A DNA stretch of 64,000 bases from Lytechinus pictus (GCF_037042905.1 NC_087248.1:22134001-22198000); one strand, 5' to 3'. Shown: positions 37,052 through 50,364, numbered from the stretch's first letter. The notes: generated by a model not told the origin, from the sequence alone. Made by a program: numbers and translations.

Positions 37052-38914
37052 TCACGTGGATGGCGTCGAAGTCGCTTCTTTGCCGTGTTTTTTATATAGA
37101 AATACCGCTAAGGCACTGAGCGCGACGACGACGAGGAGGAAGACGACGAACAACCCCGCGATCAGCCCCCAGTTCGGATTCCCGCGTAATCGGTCGGTTT
37201 TGTTCGGCGGTGGCAGTTCTTGATCTGTAAAAATGTTTGTCTCATCAATCGGAATGCCAATACTGTCACCACTACCCACCTCCATGACATCAGTTGCACT
37301 TGTAGATGAGGTTACAGAAACATTTACAAGGTTATTCGTTGAGTTTTCAACGGGATGGGTTGCGTTTAGGATAATATTTGCATTTGTTTCTTCCTGAGTT
37401 TCAGTAGGAGTCAGGTCGTTACCAGACATTTCTGGAGGCTGTGTCTTGGTTACCTGTGTCGTAGATGCTTCGGTAGGTGCGCTGGTTTCAGTTGGAAGTG
37501 AAATGTCTACTAGGCCGGTAGTCTCGCTCTCGGGAACTTCTATCTCGTTGTCCGACGAAAGCGATGAAACCGAACTTAAACTGGAAAATATATCAGATGA
37601 AACCGACGACGACGACGAAGACTCGTAAATCACAATATTTCCATCGTTGACCACAAGAGGCACTTGGGGAATTGTAGGTCGTTCCGTTATTGCTTTTGAT
37701 GTCGGTTTCATTGTCGTTGCCTTTGTTGTAGGTATTGTGGTGGTTGGAGGTGATGATGTGGTTGAAAGCGTTGTCGTTGCGAGAGTGGTAGGCGCTGTTG
37801 TTGCCTTTGCTGATGTGGTAGTTGCTCGGACTTTCGTCACGATGTTTGCTGTGGCTATCCCGCGTGGTGAGGGTGCTTCGGTTGCAGCTTCCTGGACATC
37901 GGATGTGCTAATCCTGTTGGACTGCACCCAAAGGAGACCCACTGCCGATCCTGAATAACTGTAATCCTTCTGGGTGACCTCACATTTAACCAGAGCATAG
38001 TCGTCTTCCATGGTGACGGCCTCGATCAGGAGTCTCTGACCTCCACGGAGGTAGGTGAATCGCGATTCTCGCCCGTCGATGAGTTCGTTGTTGATGTACC
38101 ACTGGTACGCAAGATTAGGCATTCTCTCTGTGATACAGGCAAATGTGAAAGCTTGGCCAACCTCCACGCTGGCGACTACAGGTCGAAGTAAGACACCCAG
38201 GCTGCTACGAAGTGGGGTCAGGGAACATGTTATCGGTTGCTCCAATGCAGAGTTGGTAGCCACGCACGTGAAACGGACGTCCGAATCTTCTTCTGTCAAC
38301 GTCATGGAATAATGGACAATCGGGTCACCTTTGTGGTGGCGCCCTCTCTTCGTGATCAACCGCGTCGTTCCTCGAACCCAGGACAACGTCGCCGGCGGAT
38401 CACCCCCACGGGACTCACAAGACAATGTGATGTTATCGCCGACATTGGCTCTCTGGATGGGATCAATAGCGCACTTTGGGTAGCCACGATCCGGTGGTCG
38501 AACTACCCTAACCTTGGCAACTTGACTGTAGTAATTAAAGTTAAGAAAGAACACACAGGCATACCTGCCTTCGTCGGCCTTCGAAACGTTGGTGATCTGT
38601 AGATGGTACTCGCCTCTTTCAACATTGCCTGTCACTTCAAATCTGCTCAGTTGTTCTTCTCCAATCTGGCCGTAGGGGTTCATCCTTCGGTTTAAGCTGA
38701 TGTAGGAAGCGGTATCAAGGTTCTGCCAGTAGAGAGGAATATCGGCTTGGTTGTTGACAGCGCAGTGAAGTACAACGGTCTCCCCACCGATGGCTGTTAT
38801 ACTTTCTGGTTGTTCCCGAAACGATATGGCTCCTACACTGGTAACGGCCACCACGAGCCACATCCAGGATAAAATCATGTTTGAATGGATCGTTATTCCT
38901 TTTAATATTGCCAT
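37052..38914 (-). CDS. Intronless type I membrane IgSF protein: signal peptide, 3 Ig domains (CADM/nectin/KIRREL-like), Ser/Thr mucin stalk, TM, short tail
   Basis: 620-aa ORF with Ig motifs LHC..W..DEGRYAC, LSCESRGGDPPATLSW..FTC and FAC..YQW..VKC, a Thr-rich stalk, and TM WGLIAGLFVVFLLVVVALSALAVFL followed by YKKH. Confidence 0.92.
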   Translation of the reverse strand: MAILKGITIHSNMILSWMWLVVAVTSVGAISFREQPESITAIGGETVVLHCAVNNQADIPLYWQNLDTASYISLNRRMNPYGQIGEEQLSRFEVTGNVERGEYHLQITNVSKADEGRYACVFFLNFNYYSQVAKVRVVRPPDRGYPKCAIDPIQRANVGDNITLSCESRGGDPPATLSWVRGTTRLITKRGRHHKGDPIVHYSMTLTEEDSDVRFTCVATNSALEQPITCSLTPLRSSLGVLLRPVVASVEVGQAFTFACITERMPNLAYQWYINNELIDGRESRFTYLRGGQRLLIEAVTMEDDYALVKCEVTQKDYSYSGSAVGLLWVQSNRISTSDVQEAATEAPSPRGIATANIVTKVRATTTSAKATTAPTTLATTTLSTTSSPPTTTIPTTKATTMKPTSKAITERPTIPQVPLVVNDGNIVIYESSSSSSVSSDIFSSLSSVSSLSSDNEIEVPESETTGLVDISLPTETSAPTEASTTQVTKTQPPEMSGNDLTPTETQEETNANIILNATHPVENSTNNLVNVSVTSSTSATDVMEVGSGDSIGIPIDETNIFTDQELPPPNKTDRLRGNPNWGLIAGLFVVFLLVVVALSALAVFLYKKHGKEATSTPST

Positions 38915-40869
38915 GTTTGCACTTCTATATCCGCAGAAGCTCTTATCCAGGTTATCACCACTTCACATAAAACTTGTAGCAGAAGGTTCTGGGGAAAAGA
39001 AACTTAGTTTCCCGCGATACCACTTTCGGTTTAGATAGTTCCAAGATTCTTTGAGAAGTTATCAGCACTTTTCAAAAAAATATAAAAATCATTCGTAGAC
39101 CATTTTGCGTACAGTCCTTCTTTTGCCTCCAAGAGGCCCACGGAAGTTCGAGAAAACGCTTGATTTATATAAAAAAAAATATGTTGATGCTTTCCGTTGA
39201 GAGATAACTGCTGATCGAATATTTTTTGTAGAACTCAATGAAAGTTTAGAAAGACTTGATTGAACCAATATCTCGCAGTCGAACTGTAATAATCAACAAA
39301 TATTTGCACTATCCAAGTTCTCAAGAAAAAGTTTTTTATCCTGAAAATGTTTCAATGAGCCGTGGAAAGTTTTTCTAGAGAATCCAGTTAGATATTAACT
39401 CTGATTAAGTCAGTGATCTCCTAGTTAACCTGCAATGAACCAATAAATTGCAGTACTCTCAAAATTCTGACGAAAAAAAAACTTCGAGGCCCTTGTCATC
39501 AAGGCAAAGACGTTTTCACTTGATAGTGTTTGGCTTTTGGACTGTTTGATGGCTGTCACTTGCTATGACTAAACTTCCCGAGAGTGATGTATTTAGATGA
39601 TGGCTCAAACTGATTTCCACTGCGGCCACGACGAGCATCGCAGACGATCAAAACTAAATTAAGATGAAAATGCACGCGCGCGCCTTTACTCCGCTAAAAA
39701 TTATCGCTTTGGACGAGACGCGGGTAACTGTTTGAAACGGTGTCTTATCTTCAGCACTCGGTGATTAAGTGATGACGACAGCAGTGAGCTCGTCTAATCG
39801 TGCAATCATTAAAATATTTCACCGTCAAGTCTGACTGTTTGTCATCACATCCCACATGACTTGTTGCTCATCCGGCGTCTTGACTGTTTGGTAGAATGGC
39901 TTATAAATATTTTGTAAACAGAGAAAGACGAGAGAAGGGTATTTTGTACACATTTCATCGAACTTTCCTCATTACTTAGATTTCCCATCTCTATGTATTA
40001 TTGTTTATTTATTTGCATAACAAATTATTATATATGTGTACATGATAACCCTACTTGACGGTTTAAGTTCTTTTTAAAAAATACCACTGCACGTCTCGCT
40101 GAGTTTTATTCGAGTGTTTTTAAACTGTGATTTTAGTCTTTTCAATCGAGTTAATTTGATTTTATTGATGATTTTGATTCCTACATGCTATCATTAACCA
40201 CTATTACAAGTTCATTTTCAAAAATATTTTTCTTTCAAACAAAGATGAAAAATTAAAGATCTAATCCAAGCAAAGACATTTGACTGTTGCCACGATTGAC
40301 ATGAAAAACTTTTTCAGACAAGTATACACTGTCCCGTTTCCGATAAAAGATGGCGCTGTGTATTTCATTTCAAAGCCGACATTGATATTGACGAATGTAC
40401 ACGTTGAGGAAAGCAACAACTTTGAAAGGTGAAAATTGTTCAATCGTAAAACGCTTGAAAGTTGTAGTCTTAAGAGCTACTGCATAAAATTCCAAAGAAA
40501 TCAATAAATTATCAGATTCCTCAGATTTAATATTGAAAATGTTTATGCTATTAATTTAGTGACTATCAAGGGTAATCATCCCGAACTTATCTGAGCTGAA
40601 TAACAGTTGCAAACAATTTTGCTTTGCAATCTGAAAGTTCATATACATGTATGAAAAGCTGCAACTGTTCATCAATATCGTAGTGAATATCACCATTGTT
40701 TTTATTTGGCGTGATATGATTTGATTTTTTTTTCTACACCCCTTTTCAACAACTGAAATACAATATACATGTACATATTGAACAAATTCATTAGAGTACA
40801 AAGTGAGAATGATTATACCACACTGACATGATTACGATGTTTGTAAGGAGTGTGAACCAATATAGTACT

Positions 40870-41665
40870 TTCCTTTCCATTCTTATCCCTTTCTCACTCT
40901 TCCCTTCCCTTCCTTTCTCTCTCACTTTCACTTCTTTTCCCTTTCCTTTCCACCTTCCTTTTCTCTCCCTCTCCTTTTTCCCCCATCTCTTTCAATCTTT
41001 TTCCCTTATTCATCTATATCTACCTTCCCTTTATCTAACTTTTGTTTTTCTCTCCCTCTCTCTCTCTGTTTCCTTTCTTTCCTCTTTCCCTTACACTTCC
41101 CTTTTCTATTTTTTCTCTCCCTTTTCCTTATTCGTCTCCTTTCCTTTCTTTCCCTCCTTTTCTCCTTTCCTTTTTTTTCATCAGTCTCTTCCATTGCCTT
41201 CTCTCTCTTCTCCCCATTTCCTTCATTTATTTCATCTCTCCCTTTCCCTTTGCTCTCTCTCTCTCCCTCCCCTTCTTTTCTTTTCCCCTCTCCCTTTCCT
41301 TTCTCTCGCTTCTCTTATTCTGTTTCTTTCCATTCTCAGTTTTCTCCTTTTCTCTATTTGTACCCGTTTTTCTTTCCTTTCACCCTCTCTTTTCTTTCCT
41401 TCTTCTTTTCTGTCTTCCTTCCATTTCTCTCACCTCCCCTTTCCTTTTCCTTTCTTTCTCTCTTTCCCTTCTCTCTCTCTCTTTTCCCTTTTTTCTTTCC
41501 TTCCTTTTCCCTTCTCCCTTTCCTTTCTTTTCCCATCTCCCTTATCTTATCGCTTTACTTACATTTTTTTCTTTTCTTTCTCTCTCTCTCTCTTCTGTCA
41601 TTTTCTTTCCTCTCTTCAATCAATGTTTCCTTCCCTTTCATTCTCTCCTCCTTCCCTCCTCCTTT
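40870..41665. repeat. Polypyrimidine low-complexity tract
   Basis: About 800 bp of almost pure C/T. Confidence 0.9.
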
Positions 41666-41987
41666 TAAGGGGGACGAGGCCCCCCCCCCCCCCCCACGGA
41701 CCCCCGTCTTGCGACTGCTACATCATGAAGCAATTTTCACGTCTAATTATAGGTGCTTGGATGAGGCCCTACGGATTTTCCTTTTTTCTTTAAAGGGGTA
41801 CTTCAGGCTGAAAATATTTATATCTAAATAAGTAGAATAAAATTCACAGAGGAAAATGCTTTAAAAAATCATCAAAATCTTATAACAAATAGTGAAGATA
41901 TTGATTTTTGTGAAAACGGTTATATGCACGTCGTCATGAATATTCATTAGGTGGCCTGATGATGTCAGGTGGTGATTGATTATGTGT

Positions 41988-42253
41988 GTGCGTCGTGGTC
42001 TAGTGGTTCTGACTCTCGCCTTTCAAACATAGGGTTGTGGGTTCGAATCTTAGCCATGGAGTATTTTCCTTCAGCAAGAAATTTATCCACTCTCACTGTG
42101 CTATGCTCAACCCAGGTGAGATAAATGGGTACCGGCAGGAAATAATTCCTTAAACAGCTGTGTGCACCTGAATAGGTAGCCTAGCTTAGCCGGGTAATAA
42201 TAATAGCAGGGCCCGCTGGGAGAAAAGTTTTCGGAACTGAAGTGGCTACCCTG
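41988..42253 (+). mobile_element. tRNA-derived SINE
   Basis: Head GCGTCGTGGTCTAGTGG..GGTTCGAATC, closely similar to 43663-43930. Its tail also occurs inverted at about 10962-11008. Confidence 0.8.
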
Positions 42254-42445
42254 NNNNNNNNNNNNNNNNNNNNNNNNNNNNNNNNNNNNNNNNNNNNNNN
42301 NNNNNNNNNNNNNNNNNNNNNNNNNNNNNNNNNNNNNNNNNNNNNNNNNNNNNNNNNNNNNNNNNNNNNNNNNNNNNNNNNNNNNNNNNNNNNNNNNNNN
42401 NNNNNNNNNNNNNNNNNNNNNNNNNNNNNNNNNNNNNNNNNNNNN
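42254..42445. other. Assembly gap (N run)
   Basis: Run of N. Confidence 1.
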
Positions 42446-43662
42446 NTCCTTTTTCTTCTGTTATTATATGAAATCATAACTGTTTCATTTTTGTATACAT
42501 GTGTGAATGATATGTCTCCCTTGTAATGAAATAAGTAGCAGCAATGAACATAACAATACTCTAGATCAAGTTGCCATTCCAATTATTTTGGTTCTTGAAG
42601 GAAAAAAATTTGATAAATCTAATTTTATATAGTAAAATACAAAAAAACAAGTGGGGATATGACATCATCAATTTGCTCATTGAATATTCATGAAGACATG
42701 CCTAGAACTGTTTCACCGAATAATAGAAATCTTTAAATTGCCATAACTTTTTTGTATTCCTTGTCCGAATTTGATTAATTTTCAGTGTTTTGTTTGTCTG
42801 ATTTTTCTTTATCTGTTCAAATATTATTTTCTGTCTGGAGTACCCCCTAAAGGTGGATTTCCATTACGTTATTACACCTGATCCAGTTCACCGAACGCCA
42901 GTGGCGTAATGAGCCCCCAAAAATGAGGGGTCCAGACATGGCAAATTTACTAAAAATCTGCGATCGAGCAAGAAAATAGACCTCTCTAATAATGAAAATA
43001 TGATTTTCGTGATGTTTTTTTTTCTTCATAATATTCAGAAAATGATATATTATCGCCGTTCATCTTTTCTTTTTCTCTCCTTGACTCCCCTTTTTTCTTT
43101 ATGGTGACAATTTGTTGGGGTCCATGGCCCCCAATTCCCCCACCTCCTGGTCATTAAAAAGGGCTTTTTTCCGTGCCATTCCCTTCAACAGTGACCCACT
43201 TTACATCACAGAAGAAAATTAAATACCCCCCCTCCAAAAAAAAAGTTCAGTTCATACGCTACTTTCCAGACAACATCATCCGGTGGAAGCCTTTGTCTTC
43301 CGGTCAGTTCCTGGGAGGTAAATAAAAAATGAGTTATCTTCACCAATATATAGGTGATTATCTAATAAGTCGTTTAACATCTTGATTTCTTCATAATAAA
43401 TGATTTGGAAATTGGTCAATACTGGTCGACGTCTTATTCAGATACATGCGTCTGCGTTATGATGATAAGCCCCAAAGCGAAATATCAGTAAAATCAAGCT
43501 AGGAGACGTTTAATTTCTATTAATCTGTATATCCATTTCTTAAAAAAGACACCTTTAGATATGATTCGAAGGCCCAAGGGCATAAACCTAACATGTTAAA
43601 AAATAATTACATCACAATCGTAGATGAAAGGAAATTTATTCATAACGATTCATAATTATGTG

Positions 43663-43930
43663 GGGGCGTCGTGGTCTAGTGGTTCTCGCCTTTCAAACAG
43701 AGGGTCATGAGTTCGAATCCTAGCCATGACGTGTTTTCCTTCAGCAAGAAATTTATCCACACTGTGCTGCACTCGACCCAGGTGAGGTAAATGGGTACCG
43801 GCAGGAAGTAATTCCTTAAAAGCTGTGCGCACCAGAATCGGTAGACTAACTTAGCTGGGGTAATATAGGAGCGCCTTGAGCACCTAGCAAGGTGGATACG
43901 TGCGCTATACAAATCCTATATTTATATAAC
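43663..43930 (+). mobile_element. tRNA-derived SINE, near full length
   Basis: A/B boxes, core ACCCAGGTGAGGTAAATGGGTACCGGCAGG, 3' end GCGCTATACAAAT. Confidence 0.8.
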
Positions 43931-46634
43931 AACAAAACAAATTAGTGAGTAGCATTAAGTCAATAGTAAGGTCTATATACTGACCTCGCATTAGAGTGAG
44001 TAAGGTAGGCAGATACAACGGGACAAAAGCAAGAAAATACGTCCAAAATATAATTTGTAGATGAATGAAAACTGCCACAACTAGCAAAACTCATCAATAA
44101 TGAAATTCGAAGATTGTTAAAGTAGCGGAATACATAAAACATAAAAAAACATAATATTTAACATTATCATAAAGTATGTGTATAGGGTATTAAAACATTA
44201 TTTACAAGAATAAACAGGGCTAAATAACGCATAAGTATAAAATACATATAAAATTGAAAGCGCTGAGAGGTAAAAAGTACGTGGAACAAAAGAGCAGACG
44301 ATGTTCCAGACCCTCTCTCCCCCTATAACAAGAAAAGAAAGAGAAGGGAAGACAAGAGACAAAGGATTAAATCTTGGAGAGGAAGGTGTGAGGGAGATAG
44401 TGGGGGAGAGAAAGAGAGAGAGGGAGAGGGAGGGAGAGAGAGAGAGAGATGGGGGAGAGGGGGAGAGAGAGAAGGAGGGGTTATTGACCGCCCTTAAACT
44501 TGGAAATGGCTGAATTTTGATACCGGCTAGTTCTACAACTGGTAGCAACCAAACCTTTATCATTTATCACTCGGGTGTTTCATCGGTACCATGACATTTG
44601 CTCTGGCGACGATTGCTCTGATGTAAAATCTGCACGTTAAGCCATACATAAAAACCTTACATCCAAAACTAGATAAAACCTAACCCTAATATTTACATTA
44701 TTCTGAACCAAAAACTCTTATAATCCTTAATCTAAGCCTATGTCCTCTGATATATTTGACCAGAGCAAATGTGGCAGGAGCATTTATGTCGTGTCACCGT
44801 TTCGTCTTCCACGTAAGACCTACAGAAATTATGGAATTAGACACAGGATTATATAATTCTGAAGAGGATCATATATGTAATATGTAAATATTTTTGATAA
44901 TGTATTGTGAACGCAGAAATAAAAATAAAAACAAAAAACAAAAAAACACAATATATTTCAGGACTATACGGATCAACATAGCATTGAATGTAATCGACAG
45001 TGTTTAATATCCAGTCCGGGAGAAACTCCGCGAATATAATGAATGAATATAACAATTGCCCGAGGTGCCCTGGTGACACATAACAATGAAAGATTCGGTA
45101 CGCATTCACATAAACTGAAATCAATAATAACTATCGTATTTTTATTTATGTATTTTTTTTTTAATTGGGTAGGGGAATCAATCACTCACATCTGAGATGG
45201 TGATCTAAAAGAATAATGAGCTTTTCGGCTCTGATCTATTATCAAAAGTTTCGGTAAAGTTATTTACGAGGTTAATACTTTTTCGAAATCTGTTCCCCTA
45301 TTCTGTGACATAATTGTTAAGAATAATCGACCCTGCATTGAAAGATCATATTCTGGGAATATCTATACGAGTGAATACTCCAATTGAAATCAATTGATTA
45401 GTTTCCAAAAGTTCCATGACCGACGGAGGAAAAAGAAGAGTGAAATAAACATAAAAATGGTGAAAGATGACATTATTTTCTGAATATTTGTCGAATTCTA
45501 TAATAATAATAAACATTAATTTGTATAGCGCAGATTGTATATGGATATATTCAGCTGCGCTTGTTCAGAGCTCTTTTTACTTATGCCTACATTGCAAATT
45601 TTCTTAACTAAAGAGATAATGTTTTAATTTTGATTTGAAGAGAGTCAAGGCTGGAGAGCTTATTATATCAATTGGCATACTTAGATTCTTATATTAAAGG
45701 GTCAGAAGTTTCCTCGTTTTTTAAATAGAAATTTTACCCCAAAAGAACAATACAACATGGTTGTAATGCATGATTATAGTTCCATTCTACATCATAAGCT
45801 AGTGTTGATGTTATTCAATATAGTTTGTGACTGTCATGTTGTTTTCGGGCACACCATCGCTTATAATGACACAGACCTCCTTCAATTTAAAGTCATGCGA
45901 TGTTGGATGAGCCGCAATTGATACATTTGACATACATACATAAAAAGTCATACATTTGACTTTTTCTTTTTTTGCGTTTTTAAATTTACTTTAGGTATTT
46001 TTTTTTCAATATATCCTAAATTAGTTTTGAATATAAAGTTACTGCATTACATAAATTATGATGATATTACATTTTTGGTGACCATTTTTGTCTGCCAGCA
46101 TGTTGCAGAGCGTGACTATAAATAATAAAAAAATATTCATCTTACATTTATGTGTTTTCAAATTCAGCACTGCTGCTATATTGAGTTCCTGGAAGTCAGA
46201 AGTCAGTACAGGACTATCCGTAAACAACTTTAAATGAGAACTCAGCAGATGTGTTTATTGATAATCAGTATAATTATGCTTAGGTGAATAGTTTCTGTGC
46301 CAGAGGCATTCTACTTATTATATTATTATGAATACAGAAAAAGATGAGACAAACACCAATCATGGTCGATGAAGCCTCATTGTTAATATGTAGGTTAACA
46401 TCTACAGGCCACCAGTTATTATTCAAATATCAGTAGTCCTTATAAATAATAGTCCGCTAACCCCCCCCCCCTTCTTTCTTTCTTTCTTTCTTTCTTTCTC
46501 TCTTTCTTTCTTTCTTTCTTTATTTATTTCTCTCTCTCCTCTCTTCCCTTTTTTCAAAGAACGATTAATCTACACGTATTATGATATAAATCCAGAATTC
46601 GATTGGTCCCTAACTGCAGTCCGACTGGATTTAA

Positions 46635-47233
46635 ATGGATGGTCCAGGCTGAAAATATTTATATCTGTATAAATAAAGTAAAATTCACAGAGCAAAATGC
46701 TGAAAATTTCATCAAAATCGGATAACAAATAACGAAGTTATTGAATTTCAAAGTTTATACAAATTTTGTGAAAACAGTTATATGCACATCTTCATGAATA
46801 TTCATTAGGTGGGTGATGATGTCACATCCCCACTTTCTTGTTTATGTTATTACATGAAATCATAAATGTTTCATTTTTTCATACATGTGTAAATGATGTG
46901 TCTCTGTTATGATGAAATAAGTTGCGGCAATAAATAGCTCATGCACTTAAGCAGTTGTCAATCCAATTGTTTTAGTTCTTGGTAGATAAATTTTGAATTA
47001 ACTTTATTTCATATAATAAAATACAAAAGAACATGTGGGGATATGACATCATCAGCCCACCTAATAAATATTCATAAAGACATGCCTAGAACTGTTTCAC
47101 CGGAATAATGCAAATCTTTAAAATTCAATAACTTTGTTATTTGTTATTCGATTTTGGTCAAATTTCAGCATTTTGTTCTGTGAATTTTACTCTATTTATC
47201 GAGATAAAAATATCTCCAGCCTGGACCATCCCT
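46635..47233. mobile_element. Complete Kolobok-like MITE (TTAA TSD)
   Basis: TTAA|ATGGATGGTCCAGGCTG ... CAGCCTGGACCATCCCT|TTAA with long inverted arms. Confidence 0.85.
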
Positions 47234-48235
47234 TTAATTTAAATCCATGTAATTTAGACATGTTAGAGTGTAGATTCATGCGACATACAACTCCCTTTAT
47301 GCTTCTTCTTCTCTCTTCCCTTTCTTCCTCCTTTTTGCCCCATTTTTCCACACGACCTTAAAAAAAACCTGGGGGTGCTGCGTGTGTTATTCATAATAGT
47401 CAGCACCCCCTGAAAATCTGGTAGGTAAGCTTAGGCCTAATAGCAGAAATTTTACAAAATTCACCTTCATTTTGTAGTGTAACTTTTTTTGGGTCAAATT
47501 TGAACCAGCACCCCCTCGTAATACGTCGTTCCCGTTCAGGTCCCTGTCGCGCCCCCTGCCCGTAGCATAGTCCGCGGCCGTCACTATTGATTGAAAAGAT
47601 AGTTACTACTACAGAGCATGAGAGGACTACGTTTCAATCATGACATGATATCTCGGTCAATTACGTTTATATTTGAAAAATAAACTACAAAACCAAAACA
47701 ACGTAACCCCCCCCCCCCCCAAAAAAAAAAAAAAAACGAAACAAAAAAAAAACCCTCTAAACAATTACATAAAAATTCCAATCCCTCTCCTCGTGCCTGT
47801 CTCTGCCCCTATACTCCCTACGTCTCTAGGTATGGACCTTTCATCTTCATTTTAAAGCCTGCATATTTTTTTTTATTCGAGACAGCATTGCAAATTCCGA
47901 AGAGGTTTATAAGACGTTCTAGGGTTTAATTTATCTATAGATTTATCTATAGATCGGTAGATCTAGGAAAGACCCGATCTAACTCTGTATGAGGTTGGAC
48001 CATGCGTGTATAAGAGATCTCTACTGTTTCACTCTGTACGGCTGTGCTGTTTTTGTAAGCTATGAGGTAAAGAGCATATTTGTACTTATTTTGGTACTTT
48101 TGTTTTCTTTCTTTGTTGTTGTATCTGCATCTTATCCATCAAATGTATGTATTTCTCAGAAATACAGAGTGTTGATTGTCCCAAATTATTGTACGTCTAG
48201 GTCTACTTTTATTTTTCATCGCATCAAACTAGTCA

Positions 48236-48887
48236 TCATGTAGGTACGAATCGATTTTGGTACATCTCTTTGTACCATCCATCGCATTCCTTGATAATAC
48301 GGACGCAGTCTGGGGTCAACGTAGAGGGCGCACGAGGAGGCTGTGTTGTAGCCGGAGGAACAAAACGGCTGCTCTCAAACGCCCGCTTCATACCCATCGT
48401 TTCTCGCAGATTTTTGGCGCCAAGTGACTCTGATATCCCGTTCTGCCACCTCCCAACCACATCCGGTGATGCACTCCACTCCAGAAGACCATCCTGATAT
48501 CCAACACCAATCGCCTCACAGATCTTCCTCAAGCACGGTTCTGGATGGCGCAAGAGATCCGCGGTGTCCAGGATCAAGGGGTTTGGGTCGAATGTTGACC
48601 TTACATGCTTCCACAAGTCATAGAGCTCTCCAAACCAGTGATGTTCACTATAGAATGGGTGGAACTTTTGGATGTCTGCCTTCGACATGGCCTCTTCATC
48701 AAGTCGGAGAAATCCAAGGAACAGTTTCCGGAGAGATGGGAACACCTGTTTCGGATCCCTGATGAGGAACACGTGACGGAATCTGGCAGGGATCAAGTTG
48801 AAATGACCATGAATACCACAAGCCATGTCTTTTACGACTATGATCTTGCTCTTGGAAGTCTCCAATGTCTGTTTGATTCCTTTGAGT
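48236..48887 (-). CDS. Sulfotransferase-like P-loop protein, coding exon 2 (last)
   Basis: Acceptor TTTCTACCTACAG. Encodes (S)LKGIKQTLE..VVKDMA..HVFLIRDP..ILDTADLLRHPE..ICEAIG..LLEW..AFESSRF..YKEMY, motifs of the sulfotransferase-like family often annotated 'branched-chain aminotransferase-like'. Confidence 0.85.
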
Positions 48888-49477
48888 CTGTAGGTAGAAA
48901 TATAGAAAGAGAGAATGGAATTCAGCATATCTTTCTTGATCAAAAAATAAGGCTGATTAATGGTAGGCATACGGACGCACTTCTTTTCCTTTTATCTTTT
49001 TGCTTTAAACGGGAAATTCAACGGAGGTCAATGGTTTTTTTATATAAATCACGATCGATGTCTTCTTTCGAGTTAAATTACTGGATATACATTAAATGGG
49101 TGATGGCCTTCAGTATCCTCAATATCACAAGATCGTTAACTTTCTTATCCAAATTTTATGTAGTATTAGCTCAAACTAAGATTAGACCAAACGATTATTA
49201 CAACCATATGGCTATTGGACAAGACGAAATTTGTACTAATTGGCTAGTAAACATTACATTAATTGATTATTTGACCAAAATGATCCATGGATCAACAAGC
49301 CATTTTGTAGTTCCATTCTGCGTATGATCAGAAGATTATATGTGCATGATCAGGAGAAGATCATTGGTACTAAAGTGACATTGTGGTTTAATATTTAATG
49401 TGATGAGCACCACAACAATACGTCCACTAGCGACTGGTATTTCACAGTTGGCCAATACATTGTTATAACAATTTGTT

Positions 49478-49786
49478 AATGCATTCAAAATAGGAATGCA
49501 ACAAATACCTTCATAAATTGTTCATTGGTGTGCTATTCTAATTACCCGGTGTCCGTTTCATAAAGCTGTTCGTAAATTGAGAGCGACTTTAAGAACGACT
49601 GGTGATCGTGGTTGATATTCTTTATAATGATCACTGGTGATTATTTGGTGCGTAAGAAAGGTTCACCAGTCGTTCTTACAGTCGCTCTTACCTTACGAAT
49701 AGCTTTATGAAACGGCCACCAGGTAATAAGAATAGCACACCATTCTATGAAGGTATATTTGTAGCATTTCTATTTTGAATGCATTC
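49478..49786. mobile_element. Nested palindrome: CWG-type MITE (~49549-49720) at the centre of an outer inverted repeat
   Basis: AATGCATTCAAAATAG..GGTGTGCTATTCT at the left and AGAATAGCACACC..CTATTTTGAATGCATT at the right of a MITE of the 18136 family. Confidence 0.75.
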
Positions 49787-49966
49787 GATTCAATTTCTTC
49801 ATCCTGCTATGTGAGGCATACTTACGTAATATCTTGCTCTGAAATCTGCCTATCATAACGAAAGAAATGCAAGGTGATTTGACCAAAGTTGCCTATATGA
49901 AGTAACTACGAACTGGTCTATTGGGGCTAGTGTTATGATGATTGGATATGCATGCTTTTGACTTAC

Positions 49967-50364
49967 GATATCAAGTAGGGATTCGGATTTTTCAATCCTC
50001 CTGGTACCAACGGCAACATGAGATCCACCGCTTTGAGGGCGCGATAGTAGTTCTCTTCGTTGCCGTCGAGTTCTGGCGGCAACTCCTCGTTGTGGACTTT
50101 CCTGCTTGCCATCCTGACAAAACGGGACATGTTATAGGGCTCAAACCAGACCTCTGCACCATTCTCCGTTGTCGTATCTGTTCCCGAATCATCGTCCTTT
50201 TCATGGCTGCAGGTAGCGAGACCATTGCTGTCTTTGGTCGTCGGATGTTCCCGTAGGAAGCTAAGACACTTCAGCAGAGCAGTGGATCCCGAGCGCGGAA
50301 CACACCAGATGATCAGACGATGACCGGCTGCTGCAGAATTTGTACTATCTGGTGTTCCCTCCAT
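49967..50364 (-). CDS. Sulfotransferase-like P-loop protein, coding exon 1; 349 aa total
   Basis: MEGTPD..RLIIWCVPRSGSTALLKCLS (5'PSB-like loop)..VWFEPY. The phase-2 donor TC|GTAAGT joins exon 2 in frame. Confidence 0.85.

Larger units (their letters stand above)
41794..42848. mobile_element. Kolobok-like MITE interrupted by a SINE and an assembly gap
   Basis: TTAA|AGGGGTACTTCAGGC ... CTGGAGTACCCCCT. Body matches 46635-47233. Confidence 0.7.

Noticed and set aside
40828-41831. F/S/L/P-rich ORFs up to 321 aa
   Set aside because: They are translations of a polypyrimidine tract.
48605-49327. 240-aa + strand ORF
   Set aside because: It is an antisense shadow of the sulfotransferase-like exon running into its intron.
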